In this document: positions 29,756 to 41,867 of the stretch, piece after piece
How the letters are laid out: each line of letters begins with the position of its first letter
Position numbering within the stretch: the stretch's first letter is position 1
Origin: the human T2T-CHM13v2.0 reference genome, Homo sapiens
Length of the DNA stretch: 64,000 nt
Reading direction: 5' to 3'
Assembly (NCBI GenBank): GCA_009914755.4
Contig: CP068257.2
Span: 7,072,001 to 7,136,000 of the forward strand
Notes under the pieces: generated by a model
What the model was told of the DNA's origin: nothing
Database searches by the model: none
The model's input: only the letters and a program-made list of their open reading frames with translations
Translations under genes and position numbers: made by a program

Positions 29756-32700
29756 TGGAATGGAATAGAATGAAATGGAATGGAGTTGAATGGGATGGAA
29801 TGGAATGGAATGGACTCGAATGAAATGGAATGGAATGGAGTCGAATGGAAAAGAACGGACTTGAATGGAATGGAATGGAATGGAAAGGAATGGAATGGAA
29901 TGGACTCAAAAGGAATGGAATGGAATGGACTCAAGTGGAATGGAATGGACTCGAATGCAATAGAATGGAATGGAATGGACTTGAATGGAATGGAATGGAA
30001 TGGAATGGAATGGAATGGACAGGAATGCAATGGAAGGGAATGGAATGGAATGCACTTGAATGGAATAGAATGGAAAGGAATGGAATGGACTGGAGTGATA
30101 TGGAATAGAAAGGACTCGAATGGAATGGAATGGACTATAGTGGAATGGAATGGAATAGAATGGACTCGAATGGAATGGAGTGGAATGGATTCGAATGGAA
30201 TGGAATGGAATTGAATGGATTCTAGTCAAACGGAATGTAATGGTATGGAATGGACGTGAATGGAATGGAATGGAATGGACTCGAATGGAATGAAATGGAA
30301 TGGAATTGACAGGAATAAAATGGAAAGGAAGAGATTGGAACGGATTGGAATGGAAAGGAATGGAATGCAATGGACTCGAATGCAATGGAATGTACTCGAA
30401 TGGAATGGAATGGAATGCAATAGAATGGACTCGAATGGAATAGAGCAGAATTTACTGGATTGGAATCTAATGGTATAGAGTCTAATGGAATGGAATGGAA
30501 TGGATTCGAATGGAATAGAATGGAATGGAATGGACTCGAATGGAATGGAATGGAATGGACAGAAAAGGTATGGAATGGAATGGGATGCAATGGAATTGCC
30601 TGGAGTGGAAGGGAATGGAATGGAGTGGAATGGAACGGAATGGACTTGAAGGGAATAGAATGGAATGGAAAGGAATGGACTCGAATGAAATGGAATGGAA
30701 AGGACTCAAATGCAATAGAATGGATTCGAATGTAATGTAATGTAATGGAATGGACTCGAATGGAATGGACTCAAGAGGAATGGAACGGAGTGGACTCGAA
30801 TGAAATGAAATGCAGGGGAAGGAACTCGAATGGCATGCAATGGAATGGAATAGACTCGAATGGAATGGAATGGAATGGACTCGAATGGAGTGGAAAGGAA
30901 TGGATCCGAATGGAAAGGAGAGGAATGGAATGGAATAGCATGGAATGGAATGGAATGGAATGGAATGGAATGGAATGGAATGGAATAGAATGGAATGGAA
31001 TAGAAGGGAATGGAATGGATTTTAATGGAATGGAATGGAATGGAATGGAATGGACTCGAACGGAGTGGAATGGAATCGAATGGAATGGAATGGAATGGAT
31101 TCGAGTGGAATACAGTGGAATAGTGTCGAATGGAATTCAAATGAATAAACACCAATGGAATGGAATGGACTTGAATGGAAAAGAAAGGAAATGACTCGAG
31201 TGGAATGGAATGGAAAGCAATAGAAAGGAAAGGAAATGACTCGAGTGGAATGGGATGGAATGGAATGGAATGCGCTCGAATGCAATGGAATGGAATTGAC
31301 TCGAATAGAATAGAAAGGAATGGACTCGAATAGAATGGAATGGAATGGAATGGGCTCGAATGCAATGGAGTGAAATGGACTCAAATGGAGTGGAAAGGAC
31401 TTAAATGGACTGGAATCGAATAGAATGCAACGGACTCGAATGGGATGGAATGGAAAGGACACGAATGGAACGGAATGGAATGAAATGGAATGGAATGGAT
31501 TGGAATGGAATGGGATGGAATGGAATGGAATGAAATGCAATGGGATGGTATGGTATGGATTGGAATGGACTTGAATGGAATAGAAAAGGATGGAATGGAA
31601 AGGAATGCATTTAAAAAGAATGGAATGGAATGGAATCCAATGGAATGGAAAGGCCACGAACTGAATGGAATGTAATGGAAGGGAATCGAATGGAATAGAT
31701 TGGAATTTAGTGGAATGGAATCTAATGGAATGGAATGGAATGGATTCGAATGTAATAGAATGGAATGGAATGGATTCGAATGTAATAGAATGGAATGGAA
31801 TGGAAAGGAATGTACTGTAATGGAATGGAATGGAACCAAATGGAATCGAATGGAATGGAATTTAAAAGATTCGATTGGAATGGAATGTACTCAAATGGAA
31901 TGGAATGGAATGGAAACAACTCGAGTGGAATGAAATGGAATGGAATGGAATCAAATGTAATGGAAAGGGATTGAATGGACTCGAATGGAATGGAATGGAA
32001 AGGAATGGCATGGTCTCGAGTGGAATGGAACGGAATGCAACTCAGTGGAATCGAATGGAATGGAATTGACTCAAATAGAATTGAATGGAATGGACCAGAA
32101 TGGAATTAAATGTAATGGAATGGACACACATGAAATGGACTCGAATGGAATGGAATGGAATGAAAAGGAATGGAATGGAATGGAATGATTTCGAATGGAA
32201 TGACATGGAATGATTTCGAATTGAATGACATGGAAAGGACTCGAATGGAATGGGTTGGGATTGGATGGTCTCGAATGAAATTGAATGGAATGAACTCAAA
32301 TGGAATGGAATGGAATAGAATGGACAAGAATATAATGGAATGGAATTGGCTCGAATGGAATGGAATTGATTCGAGTGGAATGGAATGGACATGAAAGGAA
32401 TAGAATGGAATGGACTCGAATGGAATGGAATGGACTCAAATGGAATGGAATGGAATGGACTCAAATGGAATAGAGTGGAATGGAATGGAATCGAATGCAA
32501 TGGAATGGAATGGACTCAAACAGAATGGAATGGACTCCAGTGGAATGGAATGGAATGGTATGGTCTCAAATGGAATGGAATGGAATGGAACAGATTCAAA
32601 TGGAATAGAATGGAATGGAATCAAATCTAATAGAGTGGAATGGAATGGACTCGAATGGAATGGAGAGTAATGGAATCGAACGGAAAGGAATGGAATTTAA

Positions 32701-35700
32701 TGAATTCCAATGGAATGGAGTGGAATTGAATGGACTCAAAAGAAATGGATGGGAATGCAATGAAATGGACTGGACTGGAAAGGAATGGAATGGAATGGAC
32801 TCGAATGGAATGGAAGGGACTCGAATGGAGTGGAGCCGAATGGATTCAAATGGAAGGTAATGGAAAGGAATGGAATGAACTCGAATGTAATGGAATGGAC
32901 TTGAATGGAATGGAAGGGACTCAGAGTGTAGCCGAATGGATTTGAATGGAATGGAATGGAATGGAATGGAATGAACTCGAATGGAATGGAATGTAATGGA
33001 ATGAAATGGACTCGAATGGAATGGCATGGAATGGAGTCGATGGAAGGGAATGGAATGGAATGGCATAAAATGGAATGGAATGGACTCAAATGTAATGCAG
33101 TTGAATAGAATGTACCTGAAAGGAATGGAGTGGAATGGAATGCAATGAAATGGACTCGAACGGAATGGAATGGAATGGAATGGAATGGAATGGACTCAAA
33201 TGAAATGGAATGGACAGGAAACGAATGGAATGGAATAGAATCGACTCGAGTGGAATGGAAGGGAATGGACTCGAATGAAATGGAATGCAGTGGAATAGAC
33301 TGGAATGGAATGCAATGGAATGAAATAAACTCGAATGGAATGGAATGGACTCGAATAGAAGGGAATGGAATGGACCTGAATGGAATGGAATGGAATGGAA
33401 GGGAACAGAATGGAAAAGAATGGATTGGAATAGAATGGAATGGAATCAAGTGAACTCAAATGGAATGGAATGGAATGGACTCGAATGGAATAGAATGGAA
33501 TTTACTGGATTGGAATCTAACAGAATTGACTCTAAAGAAATGGAATGGAATGCACCCGAATGGAAGCGAATGGAATGGAATGGACTCGAATGGAATGGAA
33601 TGGAATGGAATGGAATGGAATGGAATGGAATGGAATGGAACTGAATGGAATGGAGTTGAATGCAATAGAATGGAATGGACTCGAATGAAATCGAATGGAA
33701 TGGAGTCAAATGGAATGGAATGGAATGGAATGGACTCAAAAGGAATGGAATGGAATGGAATCAAGTGGAATGGAATGGACTCGAATGCAATAGAATTGAA
33801 TGGAATTGAATCGAATGGAAATGAATGAAATGGACAGGAATGGAATGGAATGGAATGGAATGGAATGGAATGGAATGGAATGGAATGGAAAGGGATGGAC
33901 TGAAATGGAATGGAATGGAATGGACTGAAATGCAATGGAATGGACTTGAATGGAATAGAATGGAAAAGAATGGAATGGACTCGAATGATATGGAATACAA
34001 AGGACTCGAATGGAATGGAATGTACGCTAGTGGAGTGGAATGGGATAGAATGGCCTCAAATGGAATGGAGTGGAATGGATTCGAATGGATTGGAATGGAA
34101 TTCAATGGATTTGAGTCAAACGGAATGTAATGGTATGAAAATGGACTCGAATGGAATGGAATGGAATGGACTTGAATGGAATGGAATGGAATGGAATGGA
34201 AAGGAATAAAATGGAATGGAATAGAATGGAATGGAATAGAATGGAATGGACTTGAATGCAATGGAATGGATTCGAATGGAATAGAGAGGAATTTACTGGA
34301 TTGGAATCTAATGCTACGGACTCTAACGGAATGGAATGGAATAGACTCAAAAGGAATAGAAAGGAAGGGAATGGACTCGAATGGAATGGAATGAAATGGA
34401 CACGAAAGGTATGGAATGGAATGGGATGGAATGGAAGGGACTGGAATGGAAGGGAATGGAATGGAGTGGAATGGAACGGAATGGACTTAAATGGAATAGA
34501 ATAGAAAGGAAAGGAATGGACGCAAATGAAATGGAATGGAAAGGACTCAAATGCAATGGAATGGATTCGAATGGAATGGAATGGACTTGAATGTAATCGA
34601 ATGGAATGGACTCAAGTGGAATGGAATGGAGTGGACTCGAATGAAATGGAATACAGGGGAAGGAACTCGAATGGCATGCAATGGAATGGAATAGACTCGA
34701 ATGGAATGGGATGGAATGGAATCGAATGGAGTGGAATGGAATTGACACGAATGGAATGGAACGGAATGGGATGGAATGAAATGGAATGGAATGGAGAGGA
34801 ATGGAATGGAATGGAATGGAGAGGAATGGAATGGAATGGAATGGATTGGAATAGAATGGAAAGGAATGGAATGGAATAGAAAAGGAAGGTAATGGAATGG
34901 AATGGAATAGAATGGAATGGAATGGATTTTAATGGAATGAATTGGAATGGAATGGAGTCAAATGGAGTGGAATGGACTCGAATTGAATGGAATGGAATGG
35001 AATGCACTCGAGTGGAATAGAGTGGAATTGACTCGAATGGAATTCAATGGAATGAACTCCAATGGAATGGAATGGACTCGAATGGAATGGAAACGACTCG
35101 AGTGGAATGGAATGGATTGGAAAGGAATGGAAAGGAAATGACTGGAGTGGAATGGAATGGAATGGAATGGAAGGTACTCGAATGGAATGGAATGGAATTG
35201 ACTCGAATGGAATAGAAAGGAATGGACTCGAATAGAATAGAATGGAATGGAATGAACTCAAATGCAATGGAGTGGAATGGACTCGAATGGAATGGAAAGG
35301 AACTAAATGGACTGGAATCAATTGGAATGCAACAGACTCGAATGGAATGGAATGGAAAGGACATGAATGGAATGGAATGGAATGGAATGGAATGGAATGG
35401 AATGGAATGCTATGGGATGGTAAGATTTGGATTGGAATGGACTTGAATGGAATAGAAAGGGATGGAATGTAATGAATTTAAACAGAATGGAATGGAATCG
35501 ACTCCAATGGAATGGAAAGGCCACGAATTGAATGATATGGAATGGAACAGACTGGAATGCAATAGATTGGAATTTAGTGAAATGGACTCTGATGGAATGG
35601 ACTGGAATGGAATCGAATGTAATACAATGAAATGGAATGGAAAGGAATGTAATTTAATAGAATGAAATGGAATCAAACGGAATGGAATTTAAAGGACTTG

Positions 35701-37500
35701 AATGGAATGAAATGTACTCAAATGGAATGGGATGGAATGGAAACGACTTGAGTGGAATGAAATGGAATGCAATGGAATTGAATGAAATGGAATGGGATTG
35801 AATGGACTTGAATGGAATGGAATGGAATGGCATGGTCTCGAATGGAATGGAATGCAATTGAATGGACTCAAAAGGAATGAAATAGAATTGACTCGAATGG
35901 AATTGAATGGAATGGACCAGAATGGAATTAAGTGTGATGGTATGGACACGAATGAAATGGAAAGGAATGGTCTCAAATGGAATAGAATGGAATGGAATGG
36001 AATGGAATGATTTCAGATCAAAGGACATGGAATAGACTCGAACGGAATGGGTTCGGATTGGATGGTCTCGAATGTAATGTAATGGAATGGACTCAAATGG
36101 AATGGAATGGAATAGAATGGACTCGAATATAATAGAATGGAATTGGCTCGAATGGAATGGAATGGATTCGAGTGGAATGGAATGGTCACGAATGGAATAG
36201 AATGCAATGGATTCGAATGCAATGGAATGGAATTGAATGGACTCTAATGGAATGGAATGGACTTGAATGCAATGGAATGGAATGGATTCGAATGGAATGA
36301 AATGGACTCCAGTGGAATGGAATGGAATGGTATGGTCTCAAATGGAATGGAACGGATTCAAATGGAACAGAATGGAATGGACTCGAATCTAATGGAGTGG
36401 AATTGAATGGACTCAAATGGAATGGAGGCTAATGGAATTGAGTGGAATGGAAAGGAATTTAAAGGACTCAAATGGAACGGAATGGAATTGAATGGACCCA
36501 AAAGTTATGGATTGGAATGGACTCGAATGGAATGGAATGGAATGGACTCGAATGGAATGGAAGGGACTCTAATGAAATGGAATTGAAAGGAATCCACTCG
36601 AGTGAAAAGGAATAAAATGGAATGGAATGCACATGAATGGAATGGAATGGAGTTGACTCGAAAGGAATAGAAAGGAATGGACTCGAATGGAATGAAATAG
36701 AATGCAATGGACTCGAATGGAATAGAGTGGAATAGAACCGAATGGAAAAGAATAGAATAGAGTCGAATTGAATGAAGTGGAATGGAATGAACAAGAATGG
36801 AATTGAGTGGAATGGACTCGAAGAGAATGGAATCGAATTGAAAGGACAGGAATGGAATGGAATGCAATGGAATGGAATGGAATGGAAAGGAATGGAATGG
36901 AAAGGAATGGAATCGAATGGAATGGAACGTAATGGAATGAAATGGACTCGAATGGAATGGAATCCAATGGAATGGACAGGAATGAAATAGAATGGAAATG
37001 AAAAGAATGGAATGGAATGGACTCAATGGAAATCAACTGAATTGAATGGACTCGAAAGGAATGGAATGGAATGGAATGGAATGGAGTGGAATGATATGGA
37101 CTTGAATAGAATGGAATGGAATAAAATGGAATGGAATGGTGTCGAATGGGAGTGAATGGAAAGCAATGGAATGGACTCAAATGGAATGGAATGGAATTGA
37201 CACAATTGGAATAGAATGGAATGGAATAGACTCTAAAGGAATGGAATGGAATGGACACGAAACATATGGAATGGAATGGGATGGGATAAAATGGACTGGA
37301 ATGGAAGGGAATGGAATGGAGTGGAATGGAATGGAATGGAATTCAATGGAATAGAATGGAATGGAATAGACTCTAAAGGAATGGAATGGAATGGACACGA
37401 AACATATGGAATGGAATGGGATGGGATAAAATGGACTGGAATGGAAGGGAATGGAATGGAGTGGAATGGAATGGAATGGAATTCAATGGAATAGAATGGA
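29756..37500 (+). repeat. Two diverged copies of a ~3.85-kb higher-order repeat (copy A ~29,756-33,640, truncated at the array edge; copy B ~33,645-37,500)
   Basis: Colinear similarity at a constant offset of ~3.81-3.90 kb across the whole interval. Examples: 29,775-29,990 vs 33,645-33,830; 30,445 'gaatttactggattggaatctaatgg' vs 34,287; 30,650-30,800 vs 34,500-34,650; 31,310-31,470 vs 35,213-35,370; 32,215-32,400 vs 36,020-36,200. Also seen as similar artifactual ORF translations at the same offsets. Confidence 0.75.
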
Positions 37501-37504
37501 ATGG

Positions 37505-39240
37505 AATGGAATGGATTCGAATGAAATGGAATGGAAAGGACTCGAATGCAATAGAATGGATTTGAATGTAATGTAATGGAATGGAATGGACTCAAAACGA
37601 ATGGAACGGAATGGACTCAAGTGGAATGGAATGGAATGGACTCGAATGGAATAGAATGGAATGGAATGGAATGTACTCGAATGGAATGGAATTGAATGGA
37701 CACGAATGGAATGGAATGAAGTGGAATGGAATGAACTGGAATGGAATGGAATGGAGTGGAATGAAAAGGAATGGACTTGAATTGAATAGAATGGAGTGGA
37801 ATGGAATGGACTCGAATGAAATGAAATGGAAAGGACCTCAATGCAATGGAATGGACTAGAATGGAATGTAATGGATTGGTATGGACTCGAATGGAATGGA
37901 ATAGAATGGACTAAAGAGGAATGAAATGAAATATATTCGAATGGAATATAATGGAAAGGAAAGGGCTCGTATGGAATGGAATGGACACGAATGGAATGGA
38001 ATGGAGAGGAATGGAATGGACTGGAATGGAATGGAATGGAACGGAAAGGAATGGAATGAAATGGAATGGGCTAGAATGGAAGAGAATGGAATGGAATGGA
38101 ATGAACTCGAATGAAATGGAGTGGAATGGACTCGAATGGAATGGAATGGATACGAGTGGAATGGAATGGAATCGAATGGAACGGAATGGAAAGGAATCAA
38201 ATGGAATTTAATGGAATGGAATGGAATGGAATGGAAAGGAATGGACTCGAATGGAATGCAGTGGAATGGATTCGAATGGAATGGAATGGAATGAAAGGGA
38301 ATCGAAGAAATGGAATGGAATGGAATGGACTCGAATGAAATGGAATGTAAAGGACTCGAATGCAAAGGAATGGAATCAAATGTAATGTAATGGAATGGAC
38401 TAGAATGGAATGGAACGGAATGGACTCAAGTGGAATGGAATGGAATGGACTCAAATGGAATAGAATGGAATGGAATGGAATGTACTCGAATGGAATGGAA
38501 TTGAATGGACATGAATGGAATGGAATGAAGTGGAATGGAATGGACTGGAGTGGAATGGAGTGGACTGGAATGGAATGGAATGGAGTGGAATGGAATGGAG
38601 TGGAATGGAAAGGAATGGAAATGAACGGAATAGAATGGAGTGGTATGGAATGGACTCGAAGGAAATGGAATGGAAAGGATTGAATACAATGGGATGGACT
38701 CGAATGGAATGTAATGGATTGGAATGGACTCGAATGGAATGGAATGGAATGGACTAAAGAGGAATGAAATGAAATATATTCGAATGGAATATAACGAAAA
38801 GGAAAGGGCTCATATGGAATGGAATGGACACGAATGGAATGGAATGGAATGGACTGGAATGGAATGGAATGGAGTAGAATGGAATGGAAAGGAATGGAAT
38901 GGAATGGGCTAGAATGGAATAGAATGGAATGGAATGGAATGCACTCGAAATAAATGGAATGGAATGGACTCGAATGGAATGGAATGGACATGAGTGGAAT
39001 GGAATGGAATCGAATGGAAAGGAATGGAAAGGAATCAAATGGAATTTAATGGAATGGAATGGAATGGAATGGACTCAAATGGAATGCACTGGAATGGATT
39101 CGAATGGAATGGATTGAAACTGAATGGACTCGAGTCGAACGGAATGTAATAGTAAGGAATGCACTCAAATGGAATGGAATTTAATGGAATGGAATGAAAG
39201 GGACTTGAAGAAATGGAATGGAATGGAATGGAATGGAATG
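37505..39240 (+). repeat. Two copies of a ~0.83-kb repeat block (37,505-38,340 and 38,340-39,240), related to a sub-segment of the 3.85-kb unit
   Basis: 37,581-37,760 vs 38,399-38,580 ('...MEWNGMYSNGMELNGHEWNGMKWNGM...' in both ORF translations); 37,926 vs 38,769 (MKYIRMEYN...); 38,140-38,330 vs 38,980-39,240. Contains a perfect 2x140-bp tandem duplication at 37,211-37,490 just upstream. Confidence 0.7.
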
Positions 39241-40321
39241 GAATAGAATGCAATGGAATGGACAAGAAAGGAGTGCAGTTGAATTGAATGGACCCAAAAG
39301 GAATGGAATGGAATGGAATGGAAGGCAGTGGACTCGAACAGAATGCAACGGAAATGACTAAAATGGAATGGAATGGACTCGAATGGAATGGAATGGAATG
39401 GAATGGACTCGAAAGGAATGGCATGGATTGCACCCGAATGGAATGGAATGTTATGGAAAGTAAAGGACTCGAATGGAATGGAATGGAATGGAATTCACCC
39501 AAATGGAGTGGAATGGAATGCAATGGACTCGAATTGAATGGAACGCAATGGACAAGAATGGAATGGAATGGAATGGAATAGAATGGACTGGAATGGAATA
39601 GCTTGGAATGGAATGGACTTGAATGCAATGGAATGTAATGGACTCGAAAGGAATGGAATGGACTCAAACGGAATGGAGTGGACTGGGCTCAAATGGAATG
39701 GAATGGAATGGAATGGTCTCGAGTGGAATGGAAAGTAACAGAAGGGAATGAATTCGAATGGAATAGAATGGATTCAAATGGAATAGAATGGATACGAATG
39801 GAATGGAATGGAATGGATTAAAATGAAATGGAATGGAATGGAATCGACTCGAATGAAATGGAATGCAGTGGAATGGACTGGAATGGCATGCAATGGAATG
39901 GAAGAAACTTGAATGGAATCAAATGAACTCGAATGGAAGGGAATGGAATGGTTGCGAATGGAATGGAATGGAACGGAATGGCATGGAATGTAATGGAATA
40001 GAATGGAATAGAATTGATTAGAAAGGATTGGAATAGAATGGAATGGAATGGAATAGACTGAAATGGAATGGAATGCAATGGACTCGAATTGAATAGAGTG
40101 GGATATACTGGATTGGAATTTAATGGAATTTGACACTAATGAAATGGAATGAAATGGACTCAAATGAAATCAAATGTAGTGGAATGGACTCGTATGGAAT
40201 GGAATGGACACGAATGAAATGGAATGGAATGGAGTTGAATGGAATGGAATGGAATGGAATGGAAGGGAATGGAGTTGAATGGAATAGAATGGAATGGACT
40301 CGAATGAAATGGAATGGAATG
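39241..40321 (+). repeat. Copy 1 of a near-identical ~1.08-kb duplicated satellite block
   Basis: Colinear with 40,783-41,867 at offset ~1,542 bp, estimated 98-99% identity by eye, with a few substitutions and one GGAATGG indel. Confidence 0.85.
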
Positions 40322-40782
40322 GCCTCGAATGGAATGGAATGGAATGGAATTGACACTAATGGAATTGAAGGGAATGGACCCGAATGGAATGGAATGGACT
40401 TCAATTGAATGCAGTGGAATTCATTGGGCTCAAATGGAATGGAATGGAATGGAATGGAATGGAATGGAATGGAATGGAAAAGAATGGAATGGAATAGAAT
40501 GGAATGGGATTGAATGGAATGGACATGAATGTAATGGAATGGACTCAAATGGAATAGCATGGAATGGAATGGAATGGACTCAAGTGGAATAGCATGGAAT
40601 GGAATGCACTTGAATACAATGGAGTGGAATGGACCCGAATGGAATAGAATGGCATTGAACGGATTCAAATGCAATGGAACGTAACGGAATAGAATGAACT
40701 CGAATGGAATGTAATGTAACGGAATGAAATGTGTTCAAACGCATTGTAATACAATGGAATAGAATGGAATGGAATGGAATGG

Positions 40783-41867
40783 AATAGAATGCAATGGAAT
40801 GGACAAGAAAGGAGTGCAGTTGAATAGAATGGACCCAAAAGGAATGGAATGGAATGGAATGGAAGGCAGTGGACTCGAACAGAATGCAACGGAAATGACT
40901 AAAATGGAATGGAATGGACTCGAATGGAATGGAATGGAATGGACTCAAAAGGAATGTCATGGATTGCACCCGAATGGAATGGAATGTTATGGAAAGTAAA
41001 GGACTCGAATGGAATGGAATGGAATGGAATTCACCCAAATGGAGTGGAATGGAATGCAATGGACTCGAATTGAATGGAACGCAATGGACAAGAATGGAAT
41101 GGAATGGAATGGAATGGAATAGAATGGACTGGAATGGAATAGCTTGGAATGGAATGGACTTCAATGCAATGGAATGTAATGGACTCGAAAGGAATGGAAT
41201 GGACTCAAACGGAATGGAGTGGACTGGGCTCAAATGGAATGGAATGGAATGGAATGGACTCGAGTGGAATGGAAAGTAACAGAAGGGAATGAATTCGAAT
41301 GGAATAGAATGGATTCAAATGGAATAGAATGGATACGAATGGAATGGAATGGAATGGATTAAAATGAAATGGAATGGAATGGAATCGACTCGAATGAAAT
41401 GGAATGCAGTGGAATGGACTGGAATGGCATGCAATGGAATGGAAGAAACTTGAATGGAATCAAATGAACTCGAATGGAAGGGAATGGAATGGTTGCGAAT
41501 GGAATGGAATGGAACGGAATGGCATGGAATGTAATGGAATAGAATGGAATAGAATTGATTAGAAAGGATTGGAATAGAATGGAATGGAATGGAATGGAAT
41601 AGACTGAAATGGAATGGAATGCAATGGACTCGAATTGAATAGAGTGGGATATACTGGATTGGAATTTAATGGAATTTGACACCAATGAAATGGAATGAAA
41701 TGGACTCAAATGAAATCAAATGTAGTGGAATGGACTCGTATGGAATGGAATGGACACGAATGAAATGGAATGGAATGGAGTGGAATGGAATGGAATGGAA
41801 TGGAATGGAAGGGAATGGAGTTGAATGGAATAGAATGGAATGGACTCGAATGAAATGGAATGGAATG
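40783..41867 (+). repeat. Copy 2 of the near-identical ~1.08-kb duplicated satellite block
   Basis: See copy 1. Homology stops at ~41,867 ('gactcgaatgaaatggaatggaatgg' then divergent), so this is a duplicated block, not a strict tandem repeat. Confidence 0.85.
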
